64,000 bases of DNA. Source: Candidatus Moranbacteria bacterium GW2011_GWE2_35_2-. GTDB taxonomy: Bacteria > Patescibacteriota > Minisyncoccia > Moranbacterales > UBA9337. The notes under the pieces are model-generated. The model saw nothing but the letters and a program-made list of their open reading frames with translations, did no database searches and had not been told where the DNA came from. The stretch lies in NCBI GenBank assembly GCA_000990585.1, contig LBQD01000002.1:184016-248015 (forward strand). The letters run 5' to 3'. A program made the translations under genes and the position numbers. Of this stretch, positions 40,575 through 51,321 are shown piece after piece (position 1 is the stretch's first letter; every line of letters starts with the position of its first letter).

Positions 40575-41546
40575 ATGTTGATTGATGATGTGATAATTGA
40601 AACGGAGGCGGGAAACGGAGGTGATGGAATTGTTGCTTTTAACAAAAATATGCTTAGTCTTGGTCCGACCGGAGGAGATGGCGGAAAAGGAGGAGATGTT
40701 TTTTTGGAGGGCGTGGCGAATATCGGAGCGTTGAAAGTTTATCGAAATCAAAAGGTATTTCATGCCGAGGACGGGAAAAGAGGAGGGCAGCAGAGAAAAA
40801 TTGGAAGAAACGGAGAGAATTTGTATTTGAAAGTTCCGGTAGGCACAGTGATTCATTTTGCCAATGGAACAACCCGGGATGTTTTTTATGTCGGAGAAAA
40901 AGTTTTAGTGGCAAAAGGAGGAGAAGGCGGAAGGGGAAATTTTTCTTTTCGTTCATCAAGAAACACCAGCCCAAAAGAATCGACTCCGGGAACGGAAGGT
41001 AAAAAAAATAAATTGCGTTTGGAACTTAAATTGATCGCTGATGTGGGATTTGTGGGACTTCCGAATGCTGGAAAATCCAGCTTGCTTAACGAACTTACCA
41101 ATGCCGGAAGCCGGGTTGGGAATTATAATTTCACAACTTTGGAGCCGAATTTGGGGGCGTATTATGATTTGATTTTGGCGGATATTCCAGGGCTTATTGA
41201 GGGGGCATCAGAAGGAAAAGGTTTGGGACACAAATTCCTCCGCCATATTGAACGCACAAGAATTATTTTTCATTTTGTTTCCTGCGAGTCTGATGATGTG
41301 GCAAGGGATTATGAAACAATCAGAAAAGAATTGGAAGCGCACAATCCGGAACTTTCTCAAAAAGAAGAGCATGTTTTTTTGAGTAAAAGTGATTTGCTTT
41401 CGGAAAAAGAATTGGCAAAAAAAATAAAAGCTTTGCAAAAAGCCGGTCCGAAGCCAGTCGCTATTTCCATTATTGATGAAAACAGTCTTGAAAAAGTCAA
41501 AAAAATCCTTTCGCAAGTGGCAAAAGACAAAAAAATAAAAGAATAA
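40575..41546 (+). CDS. obgE: GTPase ObgE
   Basis: Gly-rich Obg domain, GLPNAGKS, FTTL.PNLG, DIPGLIEGA. Confidence 0.95.
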   Translation: MLIDDVIIETEAGNGGDGIVAFNKNMLSLGPTGGDGGKGGDVFLEGVANIGALKVYRNQKVFHAEDGKRGGQQRKIGRNGENLYLKVPVGTVIHFANGTTRDVFYVGEKVLVAKGGEGGRGNFSFRSSRNTSPKESTPGTEGKKNKLRLELKLIADVGFVGLPNAGKSSLLNELTNAGSRVGNYNFTTLEPNLGAYYDLILADIPGLIEGASEGKGLGHKFLRHIERTRIIFHFVSCESDDVARDYETIRKELEAHNPELSQKEEHVFLSKSDLLSEKELAKKIKALQKAGPKPVAISIIDENSLEKVKKILSQVAKDKKIKE

Positions 41547-41574
41547 AAAATGTACAATTAATTGTACATTTTTT
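41545..41574. terminator. Palindromic terminator-like hairpin
   Basis: AAAAAATGTACAATTAATTGTACATTTTTT. Confidence 0.65.
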
Positions 41575-41648
41575 GTATAAGTAGCGGGGTGTTGCGGGAA
41601 AAATAAATAGTGATATAATTAAGATATAATATCACCAAAATAAATAAA

Positions 41649-42449
41649 ATGAAAAACAAAATTTTTGAAGAAATTAAAAAGGTTAATGAGAACGGAATTG
41701 AATATTGGTCATCGCGCGATTTGGCGAAGGTTTTAGGATATTCAAATTATAGTAAGTTTTTAAATGTAATTACCAGGGCCAAAGAGGCTTGTAAGAATAG
41801 CGGACAAGTTATTCACAACCATTTTTCCCATATGGACGAAATGGTCAAAATAGGGTCTGGAGCCGAAAGATCAGTTGATACCATACATCTTTCACGCTAT
41901 GCCTGCTATCTGATTGTTCAGAATTCTGATCCATCCAAAGAAATTGTCGCTCTGGGGCAAACTTATTTTGCCGTGCAAACTCGAAGACAAGAAGAATGTG
42001 ATCAATTGATTGAAGACGAAAAAAGATTGTATTTGCGCGGTGAAGTTAAGAAACATAACACATCTTTAGCTGAAGCGGCTGGAAACGCGGGGGTGAAAAA
42101 TTACGGGAAATTTCAAAATTTTGGGCATAAAGATTTGTATGGCGGATTGGATGCAAGCGATATTCATAAAAAGAAAAAGTTGAAAAAATCTCAAAAAATT
42201 CTTGATTACATGGGAAGCGAAGAGTTGGCGGCGAATTTGTTTCGTGCCACTCAAGCGGATGCGAAACTTCGAAGAGAAAATATTCAAGGTGAAGAAAATG
42301 CAAATTTAACGCATTATTCCGTGGGAAAAAAAGTCCGCAAAGCAATCAAAGAATTAGGAGGAACAATGCCCGAAGAGCTTCCAAAAGCAGATGGAATTAG
42401 CAAAGCCAACAAAAGGATCGAAAAAAGTGAAAAGAAGATGATAAATTAA
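41649..42449 (+). CDS. dinD: DNA damage-inducible protein D (BRO-N domain)
   Basis: EYWSSRDL..LGY, LSRYACYL, QTYFAVQTR, MGSEELAANLFRATQ. Confidence 0.92.
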   Translation: MKNKIFEEIKKVNENGIEYWSSRDLAKVLGYSNYSKFLNVITRAKEACKNSGQVIHNHFSHMDEMVKIGSGAERSVDTIHLSRYACYLIVQNSDPSKEIVALGQTYFAVQTRRQEECDQLIEDEKRLYLRGEVKKHNTSLAEAAGNAGVKNYGKFQNFGHKDLYGGLDASDIHKKKKLKKSQKILDYMGSEELAANLFRATQADAKLRRENIQGEENANLTHYSVGKKVRKAIKELGGTMPEELPKADGISKANKRIEKSEKKMIN

Positions 42450-42475
42450 TATACTAATTTAATTGATAAAAGAAG

Positions 42476-43606
42476 ATGGAGAGCGAACATATTTGTATGT
42501 GGTGTGGAAAAAATACTTTTGATAATAAGTCTAAAGAGCATATTTTTCCTGAGTGTATTGGCGGTAATATAAAATTAATTAAGGAATGCGTGTGTGATGA
42601 ATGTAATAATAAATTTAGTCGGGATGTTGATGAAGCGTTAAAAAAAGAGCATCCTATTATGATGGATGCATATCAAGATAGCTGTTTTATAGAAAATAAA
42701 ATAATTGGCAAAAAGGGAAATAAAGAAAGAAAAGAAAGGAAGAAAAAAGAAAGATATGATATCAAGGGAATTGGTGAAGCAGAAAATGTGAGAGTGTATA
42801 GAGATGATAAAGGGAAAGACATTAATTTTTGTGGCGCATCTTTTGTGGTTAATTCTCCGAAATTTGTCAGATCATTACATAAATGTGCGGCGAATGTGTT
42901 GTGTTCTGTATATGGACCATCTTATATGAGAAATAATTATAAAGAGTTGCTAGATTTTGTTAAAAATGGAAAAAATATAGAGAGCTGGAGTTATGCTGTC
43001 AGTTATAGGAATTATAATGATAGATTTTCAATGGAGCCAAGAGTGATGTTTTCCAATAAAAAAAATAAAATTGTTGTTGACATTGAATATGGTCAATATG
43101 AAATTGTTTGTTTTATCCACACATCCGGAATTTGGATTATAGGTTCATATCCGTATTTAATTAATAAAGAAATTATTGAATATGTTGATCGCGAGATTTT
43201 TGAGGAATTAAATAAAAGGAATGAATTTAAGGGGCATAATATAAAGGAATTATTCGGCGGATTTGGTTTTATGATTGATAACAGAGAATTTATTGGAAAG
43301 TTGAGATTTTTGTGGTGTAAAAAAGAGTTGGAAGGGAAATCAAATAATGATTTTTTTTATTTATTAACAAGATGTAAGATTTGCGGACAAAAGACTCCTA
43401 CCGGTATTACAATTTCTAAAGATGTGCTTCGCAATTATAAAGGTGGGTGTTTTGATATGAATATGAATAGCTGGAATTATACAATACGGGGAATTCCCCT
43501 TGGGTTAAATCAATATGTAAGAAATTTGAAGATTAATAATTGTATATGTAAATGTATTGGTTGTGGTAATTTAATAAAATATAATGCAAGCAATTGTTTT
43601 ATTTAG
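42476..43606 (+). CDS. HNH endonuclease-domain protein
   Basis: CMWC...SKEHIFP..IGG...VCDECNN; very AT-rich. Confidence 0.75.
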   Translation: MESEHICMWCGKNTFDNKSKEHIFPECIGGNIKLIKECVCDECNNKFSRDVDEALKKEHPIMMDAYQDSCFIENKIIGKKGNKERKERKKKERYDIKGIGEAENVRVYRDDKGKDINFCGASFVVNSPKFVRSLHKCAANVLCSVYGPSYMRNNYKELLDFVKNGKNIESWSYAVSYRNYNDRFSMEPRVMFSNKKNKIVVDIEYGQYEIVCFIHTSGIWIIGSYPYLINKEIIEYVDREIFEELNKRNEFKGHNIKELFGGFGFMIDNREFIGKLRFLWCKKELEGKSNNDFFYLLTRCKICGQKTPTGITISKDVLRNYKGGCFDMNMNSWNYTIRGIPLGLNQYVRNLKINNCICKCIGCGNLIKYNASNCFI

Positions 43607-43665
43607 ATGATTTTGAGTCTGATTATTTCGTAGCTGTTAGAAAACGATTAGGTTGAAATAAGAAA

Positions 43666-44019
43666 TTATTTTATCTTTTTGAAAACTACTTTGTAGACTG
43701 GTTCGTATTCGTTTTGGTATTCGTCGGTGATGGAGATCGGTTTTCCTTCGGCGACGCTGGAGATGGCAATATCGCTAATCATTTCATTGAGCTTTTCGAT
43801 TTCAAGTTTGAGGTCTTCCATTCTTTGCCAGCGAAGACCCATTTTGGTTTGTACGATAGCCTCGATTTGTTTTTTCTTTTCACGAAGCTCAGTGGCTTTG
43901 TCGATAATCACTTCATAATCATCAGCTTGAGCGAGCATATCTTTGTATTCTCCGCGAATGTCTTTTTGCTCCTTTTTTATTTCCCTGATCTGATCAAAAA
44001 TTTGTTGTATGTTCTGCAT
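43666..44019 (-). CDS. Hypothetical coiled-coil protein
   Basis: 117-aa ORF. Confidence 0.7.
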   Translation of the reverse strand: MQNIQQIFDQIREIKKEQKDIRGEYKDMLAQADDYEVIIDKATELREKKKQIEAIVQTKMGLRWQRMEDLKLEIEKLNEMISDIAISSVAEGKPISITDEYQNEYEPVYKVVFKKIK

Positions 44020-44269
44020 ATTTTTTTTTATTGAAAATTAAATTGTTATTTTTTTAACACGACAAAATTTATTGTAGCACAGGAATTAAAAAACAAAAAA
44101 TTTTCGTTATTTTCTTTCAGTTGTGGTATAATTTAATTAAGGGAAAGAGTTTTATCGGAATAAAGGCTTGTTAGAAGGATATAAAAGAGTTTAATTTAAA
44201 TCAGTTAAGGTTGAATTCATTTAATTTAAATCAATCATTTAAGCAATAATTTTTTAATCAATTAAAATT

Positions 44270-44316
44270 CTGGATTCCCGCTTCTCCTCCAAAGGCGGAC
44301 AGGCGCGGGAATGACA
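44270..44316. repeat. REP-like palindrome (ATTCCCGC...GCGGGAAT) with nested insert
   Basis: CTGGATTCCCGC-TTCTCCTCCAAAGGCGGACAGGC-GCGGGAATGAC. Confidence 0.65.
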
Positions 44317-44329
44317 CAAACAAAAAGCT

Positions 44330-44668
44330 ATGAAAAAACATCTTATCCATTGGGCGGTTTCTATTTTGGCAATAATATTCGTCGCATATTTGATTCCTGG
44401 CGTGTATGTGAGTGGAATTTTCACAGCTTTGGTGGTGGCGGTGGTGCTGGGACTTTTGAATATTTTTATTCGTCCAATTTTTTTGATTTTCACTTTACCG
44501 ATTAATATTCTAACACTGGGACTTTTTACTTTGGTTATCAATGCGGCTATGGTCATGCTTACAAGTCGCATTGTGGAAGGATTTTCCGTTTCCGGATTCT
44601 GGGCAGCTCTTATTTTCGGATTGATTTTATCCTTAGTGAATCATATTTTACATCTCGGGGGTAAATAA
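44330..44668 (+). CDS. Four-TM holin-like (YvlD/DUF360) membrane protein
   Basis: LN.FIRP....TLPINILTLGLF..VINA. Confidence 0.88.
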   Translation: MKKHLIHWAVSILAIIFVAYLIPGVYVSGIFTALVVAVVLGLLNIFIRPIFLIFTLPINILTLGLFTLVINAAMVMLTSRIVEGFSVSGFWAALIFGLILSLVNHILHLGGK

Positions 44669-44747
44669 TAGTTGATGTAAATTTTTATTTTATTTTTTTC
44701 ATTCGTAGATTTGTTTTAATTTGTTGATTTGAATTGAGTTAAAAATT

Positions 44748-45386
44748 ATGAAAAATTATCTTTTAATTTGGAAAAAAACAGAATCAAAAAAAACAAAGGC
44801 GAACAAATTTTTTAAAAAATTTCAAAAATTTGATCAGGAAAAACTCAGATTTTTTTTGGTTTTACTGGTTGTTGTCCTTTTGGATGTTATGGTGATTTTT
44901 GTATATTTTTTCAAGACTGAAACTGACCGAGAAATTGTTGTTAAAACGTTTAATTTTCCTAATAATTCAAAATTAAGAGGCGAGTTGGTGGAAATGACGA
45001 AAGGTTATCCGATTGAAAAAATGATTCCGTTGATTTCGCGTCAAGATGAAGAAATTGCCGCTTTTTTGATTAGTATTGCCAAAAAAGAAAGTAACTGGGG
45101 AAAGAGAGTTCCAAGATTGAATGGAGAAGATTGCTATAATTATTGGGGCTATAGAGGAATTCGAGAAAAAATGGGAACAGGCGGACATACTTGTTTTGAC
45201 AGTCCGCAAGATGCAGTGCGGACTGTTTCGGCAAGAATCAAAAAACTTATTGAGCAGGATGTCAATACTCCTTCCAAGATGGTTGTTTGGAAGTGCGGAT
45301 ATTCTTGCAATGGACATAGTGATTATAGTGTGAAAAAGTGGATCAACGATGTGGATTATTATTTTGGGAAAATTAACGGTTCCTAA
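44748..45386 (+). CDS. Membrane-anchored protein, possible lysozyme-like fold
   Basis: TM; IAKKESNWGK...YNYWG. Confidence 0.6.
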   Translation: MKNYLLIWKKTESKKTKANKFFKKFQKFDQEKLRFFLVLLVVVLLDVMVIFVYFFKTETDREIVVKTFNFPNNSKLRGELVEMTKGYPIEKMIPLISRQDEEIAAFLISIAKKESNWGKRVPRLNGEDCYNYWGYRGIREKMGTGGHTCFDSPQDAVRTVSARIKKLIEQDVNTPSKMVVWKCGYSCNGHSDYSVKKWINDVDYYFGKINGS

Positions 45387-45398
45387 CTAATTTATTTG

Positions 45399-48062
45399 AT
45401 GAAAAAAAATATTTTATATCATTCGATTTCAGCAAGCGAGACATTGAAAGAGATGAATTCTGAAAAGAGTGGTCTTTCGGTTGCAGAGGCGGAAAAAAGA
45501 TTAAAGCTTTGGGGGAGAAACGAACTTCCTTCCGGAAAGAAGCTTTCACATTTTCATCTTTTTATCCGACAATTCAATAGCCCTTTGATTTATCTTATTT
45601 TAGTGGCAACTTTTCTTTCTTTTTTGATCGGACATATATTGGATGCCATTTTTATTATTGTTGTTATTTTTGTAAATACGATTGTTGGTTTTTTACAGGA
45701 AATGAAAGCTGAAAAAGCTTTGGAGAAATTAAGTAAATCGGTAAAATTTTTTTGTCGTGTTATTCGTGGTGGAAAGATGCGTCAAATTTCTAGCGAAGAT
45801 ATTGTTGCGGGTGATATTATTGAATTGAGAGAGGGGGATAAGGTTCCGGCTGACGGGAGATTGTTGGAGTGTCGCGGATTGAAAGTAAACGAAGCGACGC
45901 TCACTGGAGAATGGGCGGCTGTTGCCAAAAACGATGAAATTTTAGCGGAGGACAGCGGAATTTCTGATCAGAGAAATATGGTTTTTATGGGAACAATTGT
46001 TGAAGAAGGCAAGGGTGTTTTTTTAGTGACCGCAATCTCTGGTGATACACAGATTGGAAAAATAGCCAGACTTGTAAATCAAGCTCATGAAACACAAACG
46101 CCTATTCAGAAAAAATTTAAGCAACTTTCCAGAATTTTGGGCGGAGGAATTTTAGTAATAATTACTATTTTTTCTTTAATAAATATTTTTAGAGGTGAAG
46201 ATTGGTACGTTGTTTTTACTACGGCAATTGCTTTGGTTGTGAGTGCGGTTCCCGAGGGATTGCTTCCGGCGATTACCGTAATTCTTGTTTTAGGAATGCG
46301 CCGATTGGCGCGGCACAAAGCCTTGGTGCGTAAATTGAATGCGACGGAAGGAATGGGGGCAGTTTCTGTTATTTGTATGGATAAAACCGGGACACTCACG
46401 AAAGGGGAAATGCAAGTGAGTCATATTTTATCCGGAACTAGAGAGCTTTTATACAAGAAAAAGGCATTTGAAAATGAAAATAATATTCAGGCACATATAA
46501 AAACTCTAGAAACAGCTCTTTTAATTCAAGACGCATATGCGGAAAATCCTGATGATGATTTTTCTGATTTGGTAGTTCGCGGTAATTTGACTGCACGGGC
46601 AATTTTTTTGGCGGGAATAAGTGCGGGAATAACGAAAGAATCTTTGCAAGAAAAAATGAAGTTGCGTTTTTTAGAAAGTATTGATTTTAGTTCAGAAAAA
46701 AAATATTCAGCTAATGTATATGAAAAGGAAGATGGTAGAATTTTATTTTGCGTTATGGGGGCTCCGGAAAAGATAATTGATTTTTCTTCAGAAGTTGATG
46801 TTGATGGGAAAAGCTTTCATATATCATCGGATGATTCAAAAAAACTTTTTCTCAGAGTGGATAATTTAGCCTCTAAGGGATTGCGAATTTTGGCGTGCGC
46901 TTTTGGGGATTTTTCACGCGAAGAATATGAAAATCGCAAAGGTAATTTAGAGAAATTGAAATTGGTAGGATTTTTGGCATTTAAAGATCCTTTGCGAAAA
47001 GAAGTGGCGGTTTCAATAGCGGATGCTAAAAGAGCCGGAATACGCCCGATAATAATTACCGGAGATCATAAAAATACGGCAAAGGCGATTGTAAGTGAAT
47101 TGGGAATGGAAATAGGTGATGATGAAATTATGGAAGGGAAAGATTTGGATAATTTCAGTGATTGGGAATTGGAAAAGATTGTGGAAAAAGTTTCGATTTT
47201 CGCGCGTGTAATTCCTGAGCATAAAATTCGTATTGTAAAGGCACTTCAAAGAAAAGGAGAAGTTGTGGCGATGGTGGGGGATGGAGTGAATGATGCTCCG
47301 GCGCTCAAGGCGGCAGATATTGGAATTTCAGTCGGAAGCGGGACGGATATTGCTAAGGAAGTTTCAGATATTGTACTGACGGATAGCAGTTTTTCTGTGA
47401 TTATCAAGGCGATTGAACAAGGAAGACTGATAAAGGAAAATATTCGTAGAATTGTGGTATATCTTTTGGCGGATGATTTTTCAGAATTGTTTTTGTTTTT
47501 TGGAGCAGTCGCGTTGGGGATGCCGTTTCCTCTTTATCCGGTACAAATTCTTTGGATAAATTTGGTTGAGGACAGTTTCCCTGATATTGCGCTTACTACG
47601 GAAAAAGATACTGCCGGGTTGATGAATCAAAAACCGGCAGCGGCTGGTGATCCGCTACTGAACAATAAATATAAAAAATTTATGTTAGCGGTTTTCCTTA
47701 TTTCCGGAATAGCCGCCTTCTCTGTTTTTTATTTCTCTTGGAAAATATCGGGAGATTTGGATCGAGCGCGAACAATCACTTTTGCTTTGGTTGCTTTTGA
47801 TTCTTTAGTATTTGCTTTTATTGTACGATCATTTAGGCAGAGTTTTTTTTCTCGCCATATTTTTTCCAATAAAATATTAAATGGTGCGATTTTTATTTCT
47901 TTAGTTTTATTATTGATTGGGTTGTATTTTCCTCCGATGCAAAAAATACTTAACGTTGTACCTTTAAGTATTTTCGGATGGGTGATTATTTTAGGAGTGA
48001 GTTTTGCAGAGTTGGTTATTTTGGAATTTTTTAAAAAGAAATTATTACGAGATAATGCTTGA
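45399..48062 (+). CDS. Cation-transporting P-type ATPase (type II)
   Basis: TGE, VPEGL, DKTGTLT, TGD, GDGVNDAPALK. Confidence 0.95.
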   Translation: MKKNILYHSISASETLKEMNSEKSGLSVAEAEKRLKLWGRNELPSGKKLSHFHLFIRQFNSPLIYLILVATFLSFLIGHILDAIFIIVVIFVNTIVGFLQEMKAEKALEKLSKSVKFFCRVIRGGKMRQISSEDIVAGDIIELREGDKVPADGRLLECRGLKVNEATLTGEWAAVAKNDEILAEDSGISDQRNMVFMGTIVEEGKGVFLVTAISGDTQIGKIARLVNQAHETQTPIQKKFKQLSRILGGGILVIITIFSLINIFRGEDWYVVFTTAIALVVSAVPEGLLPAITVILVLGMRRLARHKALVRKLNATEGMGAVSVICMDKTGTLTKGEMQVSHILSGTRELLYKKKAFENENNIQAHIKTLETALLIQDAYAENPDDDFSDLVVRGNLTARAIFLAGISAGITKESLQEKMKLRFLESIDFSSEKKYSANVYEKEDGRILFCVMGAPEKIIDFSSEVDVDGKSFHISSDDSKKLFLRVDNLASKGLRILACAFGDFSREEYENRKGNLEKLKLVGFLAFKDPLRKEVAVSIADAKRAGIRPIIITGDHKNTAKAIVSELGMEIGDDEIMEGKDLDNFSDWELEKIVEKVSIFARVIPEHKIRIVKALQRKGEVVAMVGDGVNDAPALKAADIGISVGSGTDIAKEVSDIVLTDSSFSVIIKAIEQGRLIKENIRRIVVYLLADDFSELFLFFGAVALGMPFPLYPVQILWINLVEDSFPDIALTTEKDTAGLMNQKPAAAGDPLLNNKYKKFMLAVFLISGIAAFSVFYFSWKISGDLDRARTITFALVAFDSLVFAFIVRSFRQSFFSRHIFSNKILNGAIFISLVLLLIGLYFPPMQKILNVVPLSIFGWVIILGVSFAELVILEFFKKKLLRDNA

Positions 48063-48116
48063 AATAAAAGATATTTTACAGTATACTTAGAATGCTTAAA
48101 AAATAAATATTTTTTT

Positions 48117-49382
48117 ATGATGCAATTATTTGAAATAAACGGAGGAAAAAAGCTTTCCGGGGAAATTGAAGTGCGGGGCAGTAAAAACGCGGCCGCACCT
48201 ATTATTGCGGCAGCTTTGCTTACCAAAGAGCCTTGCGTTATTTCCAATATTCCTTTGATTGAAGATATATTCAAGCTTTTGAAAATAATTGAAAGTATGG
48301 GCGCCAAAGTTGAATGGATAGGAGAAAGGGAAATAAAAATCACCGCGCGGGACTTGGATGCGGAAAAAATGGATTATGATCTTGTGAAAGAAATCAGAAT
48401 GTCCATCCTTCTTTTGGGATCGTTGAGCGCCAGATTTGAGAAATTCAAACTTGCAAATCCAGGAGGATGCAAGATTGGAAAAAGACCGCTAGGAACTCAT
48501 TTTAATGCTTTGGAGAAAATGGGTATCAAAATTGAACAAGATGAAAAAAATTATTCGGTAGATGCTATCGATAGAAAAGCCGCAAAAATTATTTTGCGGG
48601 AATTTTCCGTAACGGCTACTGAAATTGCCATGATGTTGGCAGCGGGAATTCCCGGAAAAACTATTATCAAAATTGCCGCCGCTGAACCGCATGTTGAAGA
48701 TTTGGGGAGGTTTTTGAAAAAGATGGGTGCCAAGATCGGAGGTTTAGGTACGCATACGATTGAAATTGAAGGAGTGGAAAAATTATCAGGAGTGCAACAT
48801 GAAATTATTTCGGATGCCAATGAGGCGGCAACATTTTTGATTATGGGCGTGGCACTGTCCAGTCCGATTAAAATTAAAAATGCCAGGGAAGAAAATCTTG
48901 ATTTGGTTTTGGAAAAACTTAGAGAAATGGGAGCGGATTTTGTTGTAAGCGAGAATATGATTGAAGTTGTGCCCACAAAAAAAATAAAGGCGCTGGAAAA
49001 AATAGAATCCAGAATTTATCCCGGAATTCCGACAGATAACCAAGCACTTTTTGGAGTCTTGGCGACGCAAGCGGAAGGTGAAACTTTGATTTTCGATACT
49101 CTTTTTGAGGGAAGATTTAGCTATGTGGCGGAAATTGAGAAAATGGGAGCTAAGGCGAAAGTTCTTAATCCCCATCAAGTGATAATTTCCGGTCCAACCC
49201 ATCTTTATGGTGATACTATTAAAAGTTATGATCTTCGAGCCGGAGCTTCGTTGATTTTGGCAGCTCTTTTAGCAAAGGGAAAAACAATAATTGAAGATAT
49301 TTATCAGGTAGATAGGGGTTATGAAAAGATAGAAGAAAGACTTCAAAAAATTGGTGCGGATATAAAAAGGATAACCAAATAA
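48117..49382 (+). CDS. murA: UDP-N-acetylglucosamine 1-carboxyvinyltransferase
   Basis: GSKNAA, PGGCKIGKRP, SVTAT, PG.PTD, DLRAGA, DRGYE. Confidence 0.95.
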   Translation: MMQLFEINGGKKLSGEIEVRGSKNAAAPIIAAALLTKEPCVISNIPLIEDIFKLLKIIESMGAKVEWIGEREIKITARDLDAEKMDYDLVKEIRMSILLLGSLSARFEKFKLANPGGCKIGKRPLGTHFNALEKMGIKIEQDEKNYSVDAIDRKAAKIILREFSVTATEIAMMLAAGIPGKTIIKIAAAEPHVEDLGRFLKKMGAKIGGLGTHTIEIEGVEKLSGVQHEIISDANEAATFLIMGVALSSPIKIKNAREENLDLVLEKLREMGADFVVSENMIEVVPTKKIKALEKIESRIYPGIPTDNQALFGVLATQAEGETLIFDTLFEGRFSYVAEIEKMGAKAKVLNPHQVIISGPTHLYGDTIKSYDLRAGASLILAALLAKGKTIIEDIYQVDRGYEKIEERLQKIGADIKRITK

Positions 49383-49407
49383 TTTGTGTAAGTATAATTA
49401 TGAGGAT

Positions 49408-49854
49408 ATGAAAAAAATAAAACCAGGATATGATTATATTGGAGTAGGCGGGGGAGTTTTTATTTTTAATAAAAAGAAAGAGGTCCTTTTGATGAAAAGA
49501 GCAGGGAAGGTGAGAAATGAATCTGGCTGGTGGTCAAAACCGGGAGGAAAGGTGAGTTATGGCGAGAAGACTATGAATGCTATGAAAAGAGAGATCAAAG
49601 AAGAGCTCGGAGTAGAAATTGATATCTGGGGTCTTCTTCCGCACACGGATCATATTATCAAAAAAGAAAATCAGCATTGGGTGGCTATAAATTATTTGGC
49701 TGACATTAAATCAGGAGAGCCAAGAATAATGGAACCGCATAAATGTGAGGAAATTGGCTGGTTTAAAATAAACAAGATTCCGTCAAAGACAACTCAAACA
49801 ACCAAAGAACCGGCAAAGTATTTTTTGGAGAAAAAATTTATTAAATTAAAGTAG
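49408..49854 (+). CDS. NUDIX hydrolase
   Basis: PGG.V..GE....A..RE.KEE.G Nudix box. Confidence 0.9.
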   Translation: MKKIKPGYDYIGVGGGVFIFNKKKEVLLMKRAGKVRNESGWWSKPGGKVSYGEKTMNAMKREIKEELGVEIDIWGLLPHTDHIIKKENQHWVAINYLADIKSGEPRIMEPHKCEEIGWFKINKIPSKTTQTTKEPAKYFLEKKFIKLK

Positions 49855-49855
49855 T

Positions 49856-50179
49856 ATGGAAAAATATTACGAAGCAATAAAAAAGTTTCATGAAAAATTT
49901 GAGATGAAAGGAACGAACAATGAGGATATGAATTTTCGGCTTAATCTTTTAATTGAAGAGTTGGGGGAGTTGGCGCAAGCGGTTACCAAAGGGAAATCGC
50001 GGGAGGAAATTATGGAGGAGAATATTGACTTGCTCAATTTGATTATCGGAAATTTTGTGAGTATAGGAGCTTCTTTGGATGAGATAGATTCGGCATTTTG
50101 GAAAAAGCATGATAAGATAATGAACCGGAAGAAAAAGAGAATAGAGGGAGGGAATTATCGAGTAAGTGAATTTAAGTAG
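49856..50179 (+). CDS. MazG-like nucleotide pyrophosphohydrolase
   Basis: EELGELAQA...EENID. Confidence 0.8.
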   Translation: MEKYYEAIKKFHEKFEMKGTNNEDMNFRLNLLIEELGELAQAVTKGKSREEIMEENIDLLNLIIGNFVSIGASLDEIDSAFWKKHDKIMNRKKKRIEGGNYRVSEFK

Positions 50180-50313
50180 AAGTTTAATTATCAAAATTAT
50201 TAATGATCAATTATTAATTAATGTTCAATGAAATAATTTTCAAAAATATTAAAAAATTGAAAATTATAAATTGATTGTAAATTGAAAATTGTGAATTGAA
50301 ATTTTTTTCAGAT

Positions 50314-51321
50314 ATGTTTTTACGAAAAATTGGAATTGATTTAGGAACAGCGAATATTTTGATTTTTATTCCTGGTAAGGGGGTGGTAATCAATGAACCG
50401 TCGGTAGTGGCGGTTTCTTTGGCTGAGAACAGGGTTTTGGCGGTGGGTAATGAAGCTAAAGAAATGCTCGGACGTACTCCGGATACGATTATTGCCAGTC
50501 GTCCACTCAAAGATGGGGCGATCGCGGATTATCGTATTACTGAAGCTATGCTTAAATATTTTATCAATAAAGTAAGTGGAAAATTTCGCTTGTTTCGTCC
50601 GGAGGTGATGATTTCTGTTCCGGCAGGGATTACTTCAACGGAAAAAAGAGCGGTGATTGATGCGGCGGTTAAAGCGGGTGCCAAGGCGGCCTATGTTCTC
50701 AAAGAGCCGATTTTGGCGGCAATTGGGGCGGGAATTCCAATCAATAACGCACAAGGGAATATGATAATCGATATTGGTGGCGGAACATCAGAAGTGGCGG
50801 TAATTTCTTTGGGTGGAGTGGTGGCGGCTCATAGCGCGCGTGTTGGAGGAAATAGATTTGATCAAGCGATTGCTGACTATATCAAACGCAAGCACGGATT
50901 GGCAATCGGAGACCGCACGGCGGAGGATATTAAAATTCAAATTGGCAGTGCTATTGCGCAAGTTAAGGAAGAATATGCAGAAGTAAAAGGGAGGGATTTG
51001 ACTGGTGGACTCCCCAAGATAATTAAAGTTTCTTCCAATGAAATTACCGAAGCATTGCAAGATGAACTTCGCGAGGTGATTAATGCGATTAAAAAAGTCC
51101 TGCAAGAAACTCCCCCGGAATTGGCGGCGGATATTATGGATAAAGGGATGGTTCTTTCAGGAGGAGGAGCGCTATTGCGCAATCTTGATCAACTTATTAC
51201 GAAAACTATTAACGTTCCTTGTTATGTAGCGGATGATGCGCTCCTTTGTGTGGTAAAAGGAACCGGAAAAGCCTTGGAAAATTTAGATTTGTATAAAAAG
51301 ACCTTATTGATGAGCAAATGA
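50314..51321 (+). CDS. mreB: Rod shape-determining protein MreB
   Basis: IGIDLGTAN, NEPSVVA, DIGGGT, GGGALL. Confidence 0.96.
   Translation: MFLRKIGIDLGTANILIFIPGKGVVINEPSVVAVSLAENRVLAVGNEAKEMLGRTPDTIIASRPLKDGAIADYRITEAMLKYFINKVSGKFRLFRPEVMISVPAGITSTEKRAVIDAAVKAGAKAAYVLKEPILAAIGAGIPINNAQGNMIIDIGGGTSEVAVISLGGVVAAHSARVGGNRFDQAIADYIKRKHGLAIGDRTAEDIKIQIGSAIAQVKEEYAEVKGRDLTGGLPKIIKVSSNEITEALQDELREVINAIKKVLQETPPELAADIMDKGMVLSGGGALLRNLDQLITKTINVPCYVADDALLCVVKGTGKALENLDLYKKTLLMSK

Noticed and set aside
44330-44668. Holin-like gene as evidence of a prophage
   Set aside because: This family is common on chromosomes and no phage structural or replication genes are nearby.
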